A DNA stretch of 64,000 bases from Planctomycetota bacterium (GTDB lineage: Bacteria; Planctomycetota; UBA1135): positions 1 to 64,000 of the forward strand of contig JASFYO010000002.1 in NCBI GenBank assembly GCA_045047305.1, written 5' to 3'. Shown here in pieces: positions 20,229 through 32,579 of the stretch. The position numbers were made by a program, and so were the translations under genes. The notes beneath the pieces are model-generated. The model ran no database searches and was not told where the DNA came from. It saw only the letters and a program-made list of their open reading frames with translations. Position 1 is the first letter of the stretch. Every line of letters begins with the position of its first letter.

Positions 20229-20702
20229 TTAGAAGTTGAAGTGGGAGAAAGCCTTGTTTGCTTCCGCCATCTTGTGAACGTTGTCCTTCCACTGCACCGA
20301 AGCGCCAGTGTTGTTACACGCATCCACGAATTCTGCAGAAAGACGCTTCGCCATCGGCATGCCCTTCTTCTTGCGAGCATTGCCAACCAACCAGCGAATC
20401 GCCAGAGCTTGCGCACGCTTGGGATTTACTTCGCGTGGGACTTGGTAGTTCGAACCACCAACGCGCTTGCTGCGCACTTCGACGGCGGGACGCACATTCT
20501 CGAGCGCCTTGACAAAAACTTCTTCAGGCTTGATCTCTTCCAACTTCTTCGAAGCCATTTCGCAGGCTTGGTAGAAGATATCCATGGCGACAGCTTTTTT
20601 GCCATCGAGCATGATGTAGTTGATCAGCTTGGTTGCAATCATAGAGCCATACCGAGGGTCTGGCTTCTGGAATTTTGCAGTGGACTTGTAGTTACGTGGC
20701 AT
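20229..20702 (-). CDS. rpsG: 30S ribosomal protein S7
   Basis: EVRSKRVGGSNYQVP, HKMAEANKAFSHF. Confidence 0.97.
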   Translation of the reverse strand: MPRNYKSTAKFQKPDPRYGSMIATKLINYIMLDGKKAVAMDIFYQACEMASKKLEEIKPEEVFVKALENVRPAVEVRSKRVGGSNYQVPREVNPKRAQALAIRWLVGNARKKKGMPMAKRLSAEFVDACNNTGASVQWKDNVHKMAEANKAFSHFNF

Positions 20703-20721
20703 CTTGGATTCCTGTTATCTA

Positions 20722-21093
20722 CTATTTGCCCTTACGCGTTCCGTACTTAGAACGGCCTTGCTTACGGTCATCAACTCCAGAGCAGTCAAGGGTGCCGCGT
20801 ACCACGTGGTAACGCACACCTGGAAGGTCACGCACACGACCGCCGCGCACGAGCACGATGGAGTGTTCCTGAAGGTTGTGACCCTCACCACCGATATAGG
20901 CAGTAATTTCCTTGCCGTTCGAAAGACGGACACGAGCGACCTTACGAAGTGCCGAGTTCGGCTTCTTCGGGGTCATAGTCTTGACCTGAGTGCAAACGCC
21001 ACGCTTATGCGGGCACTTATCGAGCACTGGGCTCTTCGACTTGCGTCGCACAGGCTTACGGCCTTTGCGGACGAGTTGGTTGATGGTTGGCAT
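20722..21093 (-). CDS. rpsL: 30S ribosomal protein S12
   Basis: [28 protein letters not shown]. Confidence 0.98.
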   Translation of the reverse strand: MPTINQLVRKGRKPVRRKSKSPVLDKCPHKRGVCTQVKTMTPKKPNSALRKVARVRLSNGKEITAYIGGEGHNLQEHSIVLVRGGRVRDLPGVRYHVVRGTLDCSGVDDRKQGRSKYGTRKGK

Positions 21094-21141
21094 GCTTAGG
21101 AAAGCTCCTGAACCCAGAGTAAGGGCTCAATCGGGCGTAAA

Positions 21142-21169
21142 AGTTTATCGTTTCTGCCGCGAAGGTCAA
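21142..21169 (-). promoter_or_regulatory. Sigma70-type promoter of the str (rpsL) operon
   Basis: TTGACC-N16-TAAACT about 50 nt upstream of rpsL. Confidence 0.7.
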
Positions 21170-21220
21170 GTTCAAGGCAGGAATTCGGGGCAAATCATAG
21201 ATTCACCCCGATTTTGGAGG

Positions 21221-24200
21221 CTACTCGGAGGCGCTCTCCATGGATTCGTCAGTGCCACCCTCTTCAGGGGCTCCAACCGGGAGGAAGTCTTCAAACTCAT
21301 CAGCGAACTGCGAGAAGTCAACTTTCTTACTGACACGGGTATTCAACAGCGCACGGAAACCGGTTCCAGCTGGAATCAAGTTTCCAAGGATGACGTTCTC
21401 CTTGAGGCCATTGAGGGTGTCGGTCTTGCCGCGTAGAGCAGCTTCGGTCAGCACCTTGGTGGTTTCCTGGAAGGAAGCCGCCGAGATGAAGGAATCCGAT
21501 TGCACCGATGCCTTGGTAATACCCATGATCACAGGAGCAGACGTTGGCGGCTCTTTATCAGCAGCGTCCATCTCTTCCCGAATCTTGCGGAATCGGTGAC
21601 GGTCAATGAGAGAGTTTGGCAGCAACTGTGAGTCTCCACCTTGCACCACCATGACCTTGCGCATCATTTGTCCCACAATCACTTCTACGTGCTTGTCGTC
21701 GATGATTACGCCTTGTGCGCGGTACACGTTTTGAATCTCGTGAACCATGTATTTCTGAACAACTTCTTCACCGAGAATCTTAAGAATCTCGATTGGAGGA
21801 AGTGGTCCATCGACCAATGGCTGACCAGCACGAATCTTGTCACCACTACTCACGCGCAAGTGCTTGGACTGCGGCACTAAGTGATCGACTTCGACCCCAG
21901 TTTCAGGGTTGGTCACCTTGATGACCCGCTTGCCGCGACGCTTATCCCCGAGCTCGATGATGCCGTCGATTTCCGCCATGATGGCAGGGTTCTTCGGAAT
22001 CCGAGCTTCAAAGAGTTCAGTCACGCGAGGCAGACCACCGGTAATGTCCTGCGTGCCGCCAACGCCTCGTGGAGACTTAGCGAGCAAGGTACCAGCCTTA
22101 ATCTTGGCGCCATCCTTGACTTCAAGGTAAGCGTTCTCTGGCAGGGACAGGTAGTGCAGGACTTCGTCCTTGGCGCCGAGGATGAGCACCTGCGGGTGAA
22201 GGTCACCCTTGGACTCAACGATTTTGCGGCGTTTAATGCCGGACTTTTCGTCTTCCTCAACCACCATAGTGCGGCCTTCCACTACATCTTCAAAGCTAAC
22301 CTTTCCTTCAAACTGGGCAAGGATTGGCATGAAGTGAGGGTCCCAAGAAAGAATCTTAGTTCCCTTGCGGGCCTTCTCCCCATCTGCAACGTAGAGGACC
22401 GAACCCAGGGTCACTTCGTAGCGGTCAATCTCACGGCCTTTAGGATCGCGAATGATAATTTCACCCGTGTTCGAAAGCGCAATAAGGTTGCCGTTTTTGC
22501 CGGGAGTGGTGCGCAGCTCGGTGTAGTGAATGGTTCCAGCGCGACGCATCTTGGTGGAAGACACCACGAGTGCGCGACTTGCAGTACCACCAATGTGGAA
22601 GGTACGCATGGTCAACTGAGTTCCTGGTTCACCAATCGACTGTGCTGCAATAATGCCCGCGGCCAAGCCTAGCTGCACGATTTCACCGCGCGCAAGGTCT
22701 TCACCGTAACACTTAGTACAAACACCGGTCGAAGATTCACAAGTCAAAGGACTGCGAACGCGGATTTTGGTGAAGCCCATTTCCTCAATGCGGCGTGCCG
22801 CTTCGACGGTGATGACTTCACTCTCTCCGACTACCAGCTCATCGGTTACGCGGTCGCGAATGGTGTCTCGCGCAATACGTCCCTTGATGACTTCCTTCAG
22901 TGCTAGAACCTGCTTTTCGCCCTGGAAGACTGCGGTCTTGGATATGCTTCCAAGGGTTCCACAGTCAGGTTCCATCACGACCACATTCTGTGCGACGTCG
23001 GCAAGTTTACGAGTTAGGTAACCAGAGTCAGCCGTTTTGAGAGCCGTATCCGCTAGACCTTTACGCGCACCGTGCGTCGAGGAGAAATACTCCAGCACGC
23101 GCAGTCCTTCACGGAAGTTTGCACGAATCGGAGTTTCGATAATCTCACCAGAAGGCTTGGCCATCAGACCACGCATGCCGGAGAGCTGTCGAATCTGGTC
23201 CACGCTACCACGAGCACCGGAGTGCGCCATCACGAAGACCGGGTTGAGGTAAGGCTTGCCGTCGCGGGTGTCCGCAGCGAGTTCCTTCATCAACACTTGC
23301 GAGACCTCATCACGAGCTGAAGTCCAAAGGTCAATCACCTTGGAGTTACGCTCGTTATCAGTAATCGCACCTTCAACGAAGTCCTTGCGCACGGTGTCGA
23401 CTTCTTTCTGCGTAGCAGCAATGATGTCCCACTTGCTTTCAGGAATCCGCATGTCGTCCTTGGCAATGGAGAGACCAGAACGGGTCGCACCTTTGTAGCC
23501 CAAGGCCTTCAAATCATCCAGTAACCTGAGGGTTGCATCGAGTCCACACATGGAGTGACAGTCATGAATGACGTCACGGATGGATCGCTTGTCCCAAGGG
23601 TGGTTGTAATACGGCATTCCCTCTGGGAGAGCGTCGTTCACAATTACGCGACCTGGGGAAGTGAGAATCGTCTCATCTTCTTTCAACGCGCGATAAGCCT
23701 TGCCATGAGCGACGGCAAGAAGCACGCCCTTGTCAAAGCGCACCTTCACCATCGAATGGGTTTCGATGTGGCCTGCAGCGTAGGCCTGCAACACTTCGGC
23801 TTGAGAGCTGTAACAGCCAGCTAGGGCCCGTCCATCTTCCGTCCACTCATTCACACATTGCTCGCGGTCTGCGGTCATGTAGTAGAGGCCAAGAATGATG
23901 TCCTGGTGTGGGGCGATAATCGGGTTACCGTTAGATGGAGAGAACACGTTGTTGGTGCTCAACATCAAGGTACTGGCCTCCACTTGAGCCTCGTAGGACA
24001 GTGGAAGGTGTACGGCCATTTGGTCACCATCGAAGTCAGCGTTGTAGCCCTGACAAACAAGTGGGTGAAGCTGAATCGCGTTGCCTTCAATCAGGATTGG
24101 CTCAAAGGCTTGCATACCCATGCGGTGCAGGGTTGGAGCACGGTTGAGCAAAACCGGGTGGCCTTTAATGACTTCCTCGAGGATGTCCCAGACCACTTCT

Positions 24201-25453
24201 TCGCGGCGCTCAAGCATTTTCTTGGCTGCCTTAATCGTTTCAGCCAAACGCAGTTCCTTCAAGCGACGAATAATGAATGGCTGGAACAATTCCAACGCAA
24301 TCACCTTCGGCAAACCACACTGGTGCAGGCTTAATTCCGGGCCAACGACAATCACAGAACGAGCGGAATAATCCACACGCTTTCCGAGAAGGTTGAGGCG
24401 GAATCGGCCTTGCTTACCCTTAATCATGTCGGTCAAGGACTTCAGCGGTTGGTTGGAGGTGCTCATCACCTGACGCTTACAACGACCATTATCGAAGAGC
24501 GCGTCAACCGATTGCTGCAACATCCGCTTCTCGTTGCGAATGATTACCTCTGGAGCATTGAGATCAATCAAACGCTTCAGGCGGTTGTTACGGTTAATCA
24601 AACGACGGTAAAGGTCGTTCAAGTCACTCGAAGCAAAGTTACCCGAATCCAAACGTACCAACGGACGCAGTTCTGGTGGGATTACTGGAATTACATCCAG
24701 AATCATCCAGGCTGGATCGTTTGGTGAATCGCGCAACATTTCCACCGTGCGCAAGCGCTTGATGGTGTCGGCGAGACGCTGCTTGGAGGTGCAGTTCTTC
24801 ATCGCTTCGCGCAGCTCGCGAGCGGTGGCTTCAAGGTTCAAGCTGTTGAGCAAATCACGAATCGCTTCTGCCCCCATCGATGCCTGCAAGGAAGAGCCAA
24901 ATTGGACCCGCGCGCGACGAAACTCATCTTCGGTGATAAGTTGACACTTCTTAAACTCCGACTCACCGGGATCGGTGACCACGTAGTCCTGGAAGTAAAT
25001 CACCCGCTCCAACTCCGTCTTCTTCATCGCCAGCAAGTTGCCGATACGACTTGGAGTGACCGAGAAGAACCAGATGTGCGCTACTGGTGCGGCCAGGTTG
25101 ATGTGACCCATGCGCTTGCGCCGCTCGCGAGAAGTTGTGACCATAACGCCACACTTATCACAAACGATGCCCATGTGTTTCTGACCGCGGTACTTACCAC
25201 AAGCACATTCATAATCCCGTTCAGGACCAAAAATGCGCTCACAGAAAAGACCTTCCTTTTCCGGACGAAAAGTACGGTAATTAATGGTTTCAGGCTTCTT
25301 CACTTCGCCGTAAGAGGCGCCGCGGAAGTCTTCCGGCGAGGCTAGCCGGATGGAAACCGAAAGCGAATCACCGATGTAGCCTGTCGTTGGACGAGGTGCT
25401 TCTGGGGCGTTCCCTTGGGGGGCGTTGCTATCACTCATATTTCCGTTTTCCAT
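21221..25453 (-). CDS. rpoC: RNA polymerase beta' subunit
   Basis: N-terminal Zn-finger cysteines, [23 protein letters not shown] overlaps the rpoB TGA (TGATG). Confidence 0.98.
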   Translation of the reverse strand: MENGNMSDSNAPQGNAPEAPRPTTGYIGDSLSVSIRLASPEDFRGASYGEVKKPETINYRTFRPEKEGLFCERIFGPERDYECACGKYRGQKHMGIVCDKCGVMVTTSRERRKRMGHINLAAPVAHIWFFSVTPSRIGNLLAMKKTELERVIYFQDYVVTDPGESEFKKCQLITEDEFRRARVQFGSSLQASMGAEAIRDLLNSLNLEATARELREAMKNCTSKQRLADTIKRLRTVEMLRDSPNDPAWMILDVIPVIPPELRPLVRLDSGNFASSDLNDLYRRLINRNNRLKRLIDLNAPEVIIRNEKRMLQQSVDALFDNGRCKRQVMSTSNQPLKSLTDMIKGKQGRFRLNLLGKRVDYSARSVIVVGPELSLHQCGLPKVIALELFQPFIIRRLKELRLAETIKAAKKMLERREEVVWDILEEVIKGHPVLLNRAPTLHRMGMQAFEPILIEGNAIQLHPLVCQGYNADFDGDQMAVHLPLSYEAQVEASTLMLSTNNVFSPSNGNPIIAPHQDIILGLYYMTADREQCVNEWTEDGRALAGCYSSQAEVLQAYAAGHIETHSMVKVRFDKGVLLAVAHGKAYRALKEDETILTSPGRVIVNDALPEGMPYYNHPWDKRSIRDVIHDCHSMCGLDATLRLLDDLKALGYKGATRSGLSIAKDDMRIPESKWDIIAATQKEVDTVRKDFVEGAITDNERNSKVIDLWTSARDEVSQVLMKELAADTRDGKPYLNPVFVMAHSGARGSVDQIRQLSGMRGLMAKPSGEIIETPIRANFREGLRVLEYFSSTHGARKGLADTALKTADSGYLTRKLADVAQNVVVMEPDCGTLGSISKTAVFQGEKQVLALKEVIKGRIARDTIRDRVTDELVVGESEVITVEAARRIEEMGFTKIRVRSPLTCESSTGVCTKCYGEDLARGEIVQLGLAAGIIAAQSIGEPGTQLTMRTFHIGGTASRALVVSSTKMRRAGTIHYTELRTTPGKNGNLIALSNTGEIIIRDPKGREIDRYEVTLGSVLYVADGEKARKGTKILSWDPHFMPILAQFEGKVSFEDVVEGRTMVVEEDEKSGIKRRKIVESKGDLHPQVLILGAKDEVLHYLSLPENAYLEVKDGAKIKAGTLLAKSPRGVGGTQDITGGLPRVTELFEARIPKNPAIMAEIDGIIELGDKRRGKRVIKVTNPETGVEVDHLVPQSKHLRVSSGDKIRAGQPLVDGPLPPIEILKILGEEVVQKYMVHEIQNVYRAQGVIIDDKHVEVIVGQMMRKVMVVQGGDSQLLPNSLIDRHRFRKIREEMDAADKEPPTSAPVIMGITKASVQSDSFISAASFQETTKVLTEAALRGKTDTLNGLKENVILGNLIPAGTGFRALLNTRVSKKVDFSQFADEFEDFLPVGAPEEGGTDESMESASE

Positions 25454-28400
25454 CACTGCTGCTCTGCGTTGTGGAGTTGGATGTTGAGACCGAGACCACG
25501 GATCTCGTTCATCAGCACCTCAAAGGACACCGGAGTACCCGGCTCGAGAATGTTTTTGCCTTTGACCATGGCTTCGTAAATCTTGGTACGACCATCCACG
25601 TCATCGGACTTCACGGTGAGGAGTTCCTGCAAGAGGTACGCCGCGCCATAGGCCTCAAGGGCCCAAACTTCCATCTCTCCGAGGCGTTGGCCACCGAAGC
25701 GAGCCTTACCCCCAAGAGGTTGCTGAGTAATCAAACTGTAAGGACCAGTCGAACGTGCGTGCACCTTCTCATCCACCAAGTGGTGAAGTTTCAGTACGTA
25801 CATCACACCAACACAGACGCGTTGCTCGAATGGAGCACCAGTACGTCCGTCAAACAGAACACTGGTTCCAGTCTTGTCCATTCCGGCCTCTTCAAGAGCG
25901 GCCTCAATGTCAGCTTCATTTGCGCCGTCGAATGGCGAGGTGTAGGCACGGAACCCAACCTTCTTGGCAGCAATACCAAGATGGGTTTCAAGAATCTGCC
26001 CTACGTTCATTCGAGAAGGAACACCCAGTGGGTTGAGCACAATGTCAACCGGAGTTCCATCTTCAAGGTAAGGCATGTCTTGCTCAGGCAAGATGGTGGA
26101 AATCACACCCTTGTTACCGTGACGCCCTGCCATCTTGTCTCCAACCGACAAGTTACGCTTGGTCGCGATGTAAATCTTGACCATCTCCAAAACACCGTTT
26201 GGCAAATCATCGCCACGGGAAAGACGGCTGGACATCTTGATCTTCCAGGCCTCCTTGTCCTCGATACGATTCATGTGCGCACGCACGATGTCCTCAGCCT
26301 TAGCCCGGCGGGATGGATGATCCAGTCCCTCGGAGTAGACTTTCAGGATTTCCTGAAAGCGCGTCAAGTCGCCGTAAAGGGTGGTTTCAGTGACCGCGAT
26401 GGCCTTCTTGCCCTTCGGGTCCTTGATGGGCTCGCCAACGTATTCGCTCAATTCTGCGATACAAGAAGTCAACTCACGCCGGAACACTTCATCGTATTCC
26501 GATTCGATCTGACGAATCTTCTCGTGCGCATCCTTGCGTTCACCAGCGGTCATGTTGACCTTACGGGTGTACTTCTCGGCACCAATGACGATGCCGCGCA
26601 CACCTGCTGGGAGCTTCAGCGAAACGTTCTTCACATCTTCACCCGCGCGACCGAAAATCGCGTGAAGGAGACGTTCTTCGGGAGTCAGTTCAGTCTTTGA
26701 CTTAGGAGCAATCTTGCCAACAAGAATGTCGTTTGGTCCAACTCGAGTACCAACCCGAACCATTCCACTTTCGTCTAGGTTGCGCAATGCGCGCTCGCCA
26801 GCGTTAGGGATGTCTCGTGTGAATTCTTCCTTACCGAGGGTCGTTTCGCGGATTTCCGCGGTGTACGCAACGATATGGATGGAAGTGAAGACATCGTCTT
26901 TCTTCAACCGTTCGGACACAATGATTGCATCCTCATAGTTGTAGCCTTCCCAGGACATAAAGGCGACCACCAGGTTCTTACCGATAGCAAGTTCACCATT
27001 TGTGGTGGACGGGCCGTCAGCAATGATCTCACCTTTCTTGACCTTTTGACCTACGCGAACCAATGGTTTTTGGTTCAAGCATGTGTGCTCATTGGTGCCC
27101 TTGAACTTACGTAGTTCATAGGCCTCCGGATCTTCCTTGATGCGAATCAGTTTCGCATCGACGTATTCCACCGTTCCAGCGCGGCGGGCTTTCACCACCC
27201 AGCCGGAGTTCTCAGCCACCGCACGCTCCATCCCGGTTCCAACCAAAGGTGGCTCGGTGATGATGAGGGGCACGGCCTGACGCTGCATGTTCGAACCCAT
27301 CAAGGCACGGTTTGCATCGTCATGCTCGAGGAATGGAATCAACGATGCCGAGATACCAATGATTTGACCTGGGTCAATGTCGAGGTACTGGACATCTTTG
27401 CCAGACAGCAACGCAAACTCGCCGTGGAAACGGCTCATGACTTTGCCATTCTCGTCGAGGATCAGAGTGCCCTTCTCGTCCATCTTGGCATCTGCTGGTG
27501 CAAAAATGACGTCGTACTCTTCGTCTGCACGAAGGTAAGCAATCTTCTCGGTAGCCCGTCCCTTTTCGATGATGCGATAAGGGGTGACCAAAAAGCCGTA
27601 ATCATCTACCATCGCAAACAAGGCAAGGGAAGAAATCAGACCAATGTTTGCACCCTCAGGGGTCTCAATCGGGCACAAGCGACCATAGTGAGAGATGTGA
27701 ACATCTCGCTCCTGGAAGCCTGCACGTTTCCGGTTCAAACCACCAGGCCCCAGAGCCGATAAACGGCGCTCGTGTGCGAGCTGGGACAACGGATTGGTTT
27801 GGTCAACCACCTGACTCAGTTCACCGCGAGCGAAGAACTGCTCCACCGAAGTGCTGAACGGCTTAGCGTTAATCAGCGCACGTGGGGTAAGGGTTTCCGA
27901 ATCGTCTTCCTGCGACATGCGGTCGACGGCAGCACGAGCCACCTTCAACAAGCCTTTGCGGAAGTCGTCGTGCGCCATCTCTGCGAGGGTGCGCACGCGA
28001 CGGTTACCGAGATGGTCAATATCATCGGTCTCGCCTTCGCCTTTGCGCAAACCGAGAAGGTAATGCACAGAGTCAAGGAAGTCTTCTGGGATGAGAGTAC
28101 GAGGACCCTTATCTGCTTCCACCGGGCGCTTGAACTTGCGATTAATACGGAAACGTCCAACTCGGCCCAAGCTGTAACGCTGGCTGTCGAAGAAACGGTC
28201 CTGTAGCAACTCACGCGCTTTCTCCAGCTGAATCGGGTTGCCCGGACGCAGTTTGGCGTAAATCGCAGCAAGTGCTTCCTCGTGAGTCGTCGAAGTATCT
28301 TCTTTCAACGAATCGAGAATAAGAGTGTCTTCTGGATCAACCAAAAGCGCAATCTCTTTCATGTCAGAAGCAGCGATGCGTTCCGCGGCCTCCTCGGTGA

Positions 28401-29202
28401 TGAGTTGTCCAGATTCAGCCCAAACTTCACCGGTGCGCATGTCGCGTACCTGGCTTAAGGCCAAACGGTTTTCCAGCATGCCAGCAAACTTCGCCTTGCT
28501 GATCTTCTCTGGGCGCTTCAGCACTTCCGACTCGTAGAACAGTTTGAGGATTTCCTCATCGCTGCCCCAATCCTGCTGCAGGGCGCGCAACAAGGTTAAT
28601 GCGGAAAATTTACCCTGCTGGTCAATACGGACCTGCAAGGTTCCCTTTCCGGAAACCATGATTTCAACCCACGAGCCGCGCTCTGGAATGATACGTGCAG
28701 AGTGCAGCATCTTGTCTCCAGCATGCTTCTCGACTGCAAAGTCAATTCCAGGCGAACGGTGAAGCTGCGCAACAATGACGCGCTCCGAACCGTTGACGAC
28801 AAATTCGCCACCGCCCATCATGACAGGGATTTCGCCGAGGAAGATTTCTTCCTCGAGACGTTGTTCGCCGCGACGCAAACCCAAGCGCACGCGCAATGGG
28901 TAGGCATAGCTGTACTTTAGCTCTCGGCATTCATCCGGCGTGTAGCGCGGACGGCCAAGGCTATAGCCGATAAATTCCAAGGCAAGAGTCTTATCATGAC
29001 TCTCGATTGGGAAAATCTCGGAGAACAAGGCTTGCAAGCCTTGGTCTTTGCGGCGGCCCGGGGCGGTATCCATTTGAAGGAAATCGCCATAAGACCGACC
29101 TTGTAGGTCGGACAGGCCCGGGAGAAGCGCTTCGTCGCGATACGCGAAGGAGCGGAAGTCACGGACCTCGTAATCCGCGATGTTTTTGCTTTGGACAGTC
29201 AT
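25453..29202 (-). CDS. rpoB: RNA polymerase beta subunit
   Basis: [48 protein letters not shown]. Confidence 0.98.
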   Translation of the reverse strand: MTVQSKNIADYEVRDFRSFAYRDEALLPGLSDLQGRSYGDFLQMDTAPGRRKDQGLQALFSEIFPIESHDKTLALEFIGYSLGRPRYTPDECRELKYSYAYPLRVRLGLRRGEQRLEEEIFLGEIPVMMGGGEFVVNGSERVIVAQLHRSPGIDFAVEKHAGDKMLHSARIIPERGSWVEIMVSGKGTLQVRIDQQGKFSALTLLRALQQDWGSDEEILKLFYESEVLKRPEKISKAKFAGMLENRLALSQVRDMRTGEVWAESGQLITEEAAERIAASDMKEIALLVDPEDTLILDSLKEDTSTTHEEALAAIYAKLRPGNPIQLEKARELLQDRFFDSQRYSLGRVGRFRINRKFKRPVEADKGPRTLIPEDFLDSVHYLLGLRKGEGETDDIDHLGNRRVRTLAEMAHDDFRKGLLKVARAAVDRMSQEDDSETLTPRALINAKPFSTSVEQFFARGELSQVVDQTNPLSQLAHERRLSALGPGGLNRKRAGFQERDVHISHYGRLCPIETPEGANIGLISSLALFAMVDDYGFLVTPYRIIEKGRATEKIAYLRADEEYDVIFAPADAKMDEKGTLILDENGKVMSRFHGEFALLSGKDVQYLDIDPGQIIGISASLIPFLEHDDANRALMGSNMQRQAVPLIITEPPLVGTGMERAVAENSGWVVKARRAGTVEYVDAKLIRIKEDPEAYELRKFKGTNEHTCLNQKPLVRVGQKVKKGEIIADGPSTTNGELAIGKNLVVAFMSWEGYNYEDAIIVSERLKKDDVFTSIHIVAYTAEIRETTLGKEEFTRDIPNAGERALRNLDESGMVRVGTRVGPNDILVGKIAPKSKTELTPEERLLHAIFGRAGEDVKNVSLKLPAGVRGIVIGAEKYTRKVNMTAGERKDAHEKIRQIESEYDEVFRRELTSCIAELSEYVGEPIKDPKGKKAIAVTETTLYGDLTRFQEILKVYSEGLDHPSRRAKAEDIVRAHMNRIEDKEAWKIKMSSRLSRGDDLPNGVLEMVKIYIATKRNLSVGDKMAGRHGNKGVISTILPEQDMPYLEDGTPVDIVLNPLGVPSRMNVGQILETHLGIAAKKVGFRAYTSPFDGANEADIEAALEEAGMDKTGTSVLFDGRTGAPFEQRVCVGVMYVLKLHHLVDEKVHARSTGPYSLITQQPLGGKARFGGQRLGEMEVWALEAYGAAYLLQELLTVKSDDVDGRTKIYEAMVKGKNILEPGTPVSFEVLMNEIRGLGLNIQLHNAEQQ

Positions 29203-29326
29203 TCCGGTTGCACCGACAAATCTGGGATGGGTGGGGTGCTTAAAGCCTAAGCAGAGAAAAACCGAGAAAGGTTCTTCCTAGCGATGCCGACCAATGCCGG
29301 CGTTAGTGTTCTCTGAACACGGACCG

Positions 29327-29369
29327 ACCCCGCTACCGTTACTGCAGATGCAGTAACGGCATGCGGGGT
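29327..29369. promoter_or_regulatory. Long stem-loop in the rplL-rpoB spacer (attenuator or processing-site candidate)
   Basis: accccgc-ta-ccgttactgca-ga-tgcagtaacgg-cat-gcggggt inverted repeat. Confidence 0.5.
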
Positions 29370-29409
29370 AATCTTCGTGGTGGCCGCCGCAGCGGGCCGA
29401 ACGAAGAAC

Positions 29410-29814
29410 TTAAGCAAGCTTGACGGTTGCGCCTGCTTCCTCGAGGGTCTTCTTGATTTCTTCGGCTTCGTCCTTGGACGCGCCTTCCTTGACGGCTTTT
29501 GGAGCCTCCTCTACAAGCCCCTTGGCTTCCTTGAGGCCAAGACCAGTGATAGCACGAACGGCCTTAATCACGTTGATCTTCTTCTCGCCGAAGCTTTCAA
29601 GGATGACATCAAATTCGGTCTTCTCTTCAGCAACTTCTCCACCACCGGCAGGGCCGGCAGCAGCAACAGCGACAGGTGCAGCGGCGGAAACGCCCCAGCG
29701 CTCCTCCATTGCCTTAACTAGGGTCGCAGCCTTGCCAATCGAAAGGGCATCGAGCTGAGTGAAGATGGTTTCGAGCTCGGAGTCGAGCTCAACGGTGTTG
29801 GTTTCGTCGGACAT
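29410..29814 (-). CDS. rplL: 50S ribosomal protein L7/L12
   Basis: [30 protein letters not shown]. Confidence 0.97.
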   Translation of the reverse strand: MSDETNTVELDSELETIFTQLDALSIGKAATLVKAMEERWGVSAAAPVAVAAAGPAGGGEVAEEKTEFDVILESFGEKKINVIKAVRAITGLGLKEAKGLVEEAPKAVKEGASKDEAEEIKKTLEEAGATVKLA

Positions 29815-29856
29815 GGGTCTGATTCCTAAAATGCGGTGATTTGGTTTGGGAACTGC

Positions 29857-30390
29857 CTAGGAGGCAGATTCTCCCTGGTCTGCGCGGGCCTGCAGGACGC
29901 GCGCTGTGGATGCAGGCACCTCGCGCAGCAATGTGGCGAGTTGACGGGCGGAACCGGTAAGGGCGCCACACATCATGGCGCGGAGAGTGTCCTTATCGTG
30001 CATCTTTGCGATGCCAGACGACTCAGCCGCGGTCATCATGGAGCCATCCAAGACGGCACCACGATAATTAACTTTGCGTTCTTTGTTGTTACCCCAAAGC
30101 TCTTCGATGGCTTTTGCTGCACTGATCGTAGCTTCCGTAGAACCCACCAACATGCCGCACATGCCGCCCCAAGAAGAATCGTCGAACTCAACGCCAACCT
30201 CTTTCAAGGCGACCTTGGCCAAACGGTTCTTGGTAACGCGTAACTCGGCGCCCGCTGCGCGGACCGACTTACGTAAAGTTTGCGCTTCTTCGACAGTAAG
30301 ACTTTCCAGGCTCAATAAAACAAGACCTTCACGGTCGCTGAATTGTTGCTGGTAGCCATTTGCCAACCATTGATTAATCGTGCTTACCAT
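29857..30390 (-). CDS. rplJ: 50S ribosomal protein L10
   Basis: LTV....LRK, LRVTKN.LAKVAL; lies between rplA and rplL. Confidence 0.92.
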   Translation of the reverse strand: MVSTINQWLANGYQQQFSDREGLVLLSLESLTVEEAQTLRKSVRAAGAELRVTKNRLAKVALKEVGVEFDDSSWGGMCGMLVGSTEATISAAKAIEELWGNNKERKVNYRGAVLDGSMMTAAESSGIAKMHDKDTLRAMMCGALTGSARQLATLLREVPASTARVLQARADQGESAS

Positions 30391-30400
30391 TTTCTAACCT

Positions 30401-31084
30401 CTAGCTGTGAGAAAAGGAAACCTTGAGCCCTGGGCCCATGGTGGAAGACACGCAAATGTTGCGCATGTAAGCCCCTTTGGCCGAAGAAGGCCTTAGGGAT
30501 ACAACAAAGTCCAGGAAGGTCCGGGCATTTTCCTCTAGCTGCTCTGCCGAGAACGACAGCTTGCCAACCGGAACGTGCACGTTTCCAGCGGAGTCCACGC
30601 GGAACTCAACCTTACCGGCCATAAACTCCTTGGTGGCTTGAGCCACGTTTGGGGTTACGGTGCCAGACTTAGGAGAAGGCATTTTGCCCTGAGGACCAAG
30701 CACGCGACCAAGCTTACCTACAACCCGCATCATGGCAGGGTGTGCGATGACCATGTCGAAGTCGGTCCAGCCGCCTTCAATCTTGGCACCAAGCTCGTCG
30801 CTGCCCACTTCCATGGCACCAGCTTCCTTGGCAGCATCAGCTGCATCGCCTTCAGCAAAGACGATCACGCGGATCTCCTTACCGAGGCCGTGGGGCAGAC
30901 TGACTGCACCACGCACCATTTGGTCGGACTTCTTTGGATCGACGCCGAGGCGTGCAACCACTTCTACAGTTTCATCGAATTTGGTCGGACGCAAACCCTT
31001 CAGGGTGCGCATCGCATCTACCACTTCGTAAACCGTGCTGCGGTCTAGCTTCTCTACGTTTTCGCGAAATCTACGGCTAGCCAT
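30401..31084 (-). CDS. rplA: 50S ribosomal protein L1
   Basis: KFDETVE, LPHGLGK, LGP.GKMPSPK.GTV, SSTMGPG. Confidence 0.97.
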   Translation of the reverse strand: MASRRFRENVEKLDRSTVYEVVDAMRTLKGLRPTKFDETVEVVARLGVDPKKSDQMVRGAVSLPHGLGKEIRVIVFAEGDAADAAKEAGAMEVGSDELGAKIEGGWTDFDMVIAHPAMMRVVGKLGRVLGPQGKMPSPKSGTVTPNVAQATKEFMAGKVEFRVDSAGNVHVPVGKLSFSAEQLEENARTFLDFVVSLRPSSAKGAYMRNICVSSTMGPGLKVSFSHS

Positions 31085-31085
31085 T

Positions 31086-31511
31086 TCAGCCCTCCACCCT
31101 AATGCCCATGGATCGGGCGGTTCCAGCGATAATCAAAACCGCTGCATCCAAAGATGCAGAGTTGATATCAGCCTTTTTGATTTCGGCGATTTCCTCGAGT
31201 TGAGCCCGCGTAACGGAACCGACAGTGTCAGTACCAACGGTGCCACAGCCTTTCTCAACACCAGCAGCTTTCTTAAGCAAAACTGCAGCAGGAGGAGACT
31301 TGTACTCAAGTGAGAAGGAACGGTCCTTATAGACCGTCACAACCACCGGGATGATCATGCCGCGCTTGTCGGCAGTGGCCGCATTGAACTGACTTACGAA
31401 CTCACCGATTGGCACACCGTGAGCACCCAAGGCGGGGCCCACCGGCGGCGCCGGGGTCGCAGCGCCAGCTGGGCACTGTAGTTTGATTTTTCCTGTTATT
31501 TCTTTCGCCAT
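31086..31511 (-). CDS. rplK: 50S ribosomal protein L11
   Basis: [21 protein letters not shown]. Confidence 0.97.
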   Translation of the reverse strand: MAKEITGKIKLQCPAGAATPAPPVGPALGAHGVPIGEFVSQFNAATADKRGMIIPVVVTVYKDRSFSLEYKSPPAAVLLKKAAGVEKGCGTVGTDTVGSVTRAQLEEIAEIKKADINSASLDAAVLIIAGTARSMGIRVEG

Positions 31512-31562
31512 GATTCCCTCCCACCGAAGTGGTGCGTTCGGGTTGCCCGGCAGGGCAAATGA

Positions 31563-32132
31563 TTAAACTGGTTCGACCTGCCAATGTTCGATTTCGACAC
31601 TGGTAGAACGCCCAAAAATGGTGACGGAAATTCGCAGAAGGCCTTTGCCATCCACAACTTCTTCCACCGTTCCGTCGAAGCCCTCGAAAGGGCCTTCCTT
31701 AATACGGACTGCATCGCCACGCTTGATCTTGACCGCCATGCGTGGGGTATTTGCGGTTTCCTCGATGCGGCCGAGAATGCCGTCGACCTCGTCTGGAGTC
31801 ATCGGTGCAGGTGGCTTCTGGCCACCAACGAAGTCACCAAACCCCTTGGTCTCGTGAAGAGCAAACCAAACTTCTTGGTCTGCTAGAAGATGGGGCTTTT
31901 CATTCCCATCCCAATCCCCTAGCTCTGCCTGAATCAGCAAATAGCCCGGGTACAACTTACGACTGACAACGCGCTTTTTACCGTTTTTTACTTCGGTAAC
32001 TTTCTCCACTGGCACCAAAACCTGCGGAATACGCTCCTCGAGACCGTCAGCTTTCACGCGACGCTCAAGATTGTCGCGCACACCTTCCTCGCGGTTGGTG
32101 AGCACGCGGACGATGTACCAATCAAGCGCCAC
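31563..32132 (-). CDS. nusG: Transcription termination/antitermination factor NusG
   Basis: WY.V, LYPGY, KOW GPFEGFDG, VTIFGR.T.VE; GTG start at 32132 preceded by GGAGG. Confidence 0.95.
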   Translation of the reverse strand: MALDWYIVRVLTNREEGVRDNLERRVKADGLEERIPQVLVPVEKVTEVKNGKKRVVSRKLYPGYLLIQAELGDWDGNEKPHLLADQEVWFALHETKGFGDFVGGQKPPAPMTPDEVDGILGRIEETANTPRMAVKIKRGDAVRIKEGPFEGFDGTVEEVVDGKGLLRISVTIFGRSTSVEIEHWQVEPV

Positions 32133-32571
32133 CGACGCCTCCCCACAACACAATGCGGAAGATTTGGCCTAGCACCAAGTCGGCGAGGGCCAAGAAGCCC
32201 ATCAAAACCAAAACCGTGATAATGACCACAATGGAAGAGTTCGTTGCTTCCTCGAAAGAAGGCCAAGTCACCTTCTTCATTTCCCCCTCAACCTCAATGA
32301 GGTGATCTGCGATTCTATCTTTTCCAAGATAGCGCAGGTAAAGGTACGATGAAGCAAGGAATACCACCATGGCAACGAGGAATGCACCGGTAAAGCGGAG
32401 CCCCATAAGAGGCACCTCGGGCATGGACTCGATGACGGGGCTGCGGAGACTTTGGAAAGCAATCAGCGAACCGCTCAAGGAGTAGCAGCCAAAGAATATC
32501 ATGCCTTCACCCAGCCAGAATGCTGTCTGGCGGGCATTGCGTCCTTCGTCGGGCTTGTAGCGGTAAAGCAT
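32122..32571 (-). CDS. secE: Preprotein translocase SecE (long, multi-TM form)
   Basis: EMKKVTWPS motif followed by a TM helix; lies between rpmG and nusG. Confidence 0.9.
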   Translation of the reverse strand: MLYRYKPDEGRNARQTAFWLGEGMIFFGCYSLSGSLIAFQSLRSPVIESMPEVPLMGLRFTGAFLVAMVVFLASSYLYLRYLGKDRIADHLIEVEGEMKKVTWPSFEEATNSSIVVIITVLVLMGFLALADLVLGQIFRIVLWGGVGGA

Positions 32572-32579
32572 GTTGGAAT

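Noticed and set aside
26220..26570. Large insertion in RpoB
   Set aside because: Falls at a known lineage-specific insertion site (beta-i9 region); not considered novel
25387..26700. 437-aa plus-strand ORF opposite rpoB, and similar ORFs opposite rpoC, tuf and pccB
   Set aside because: Explained by codon bias of the real minus-strand genes
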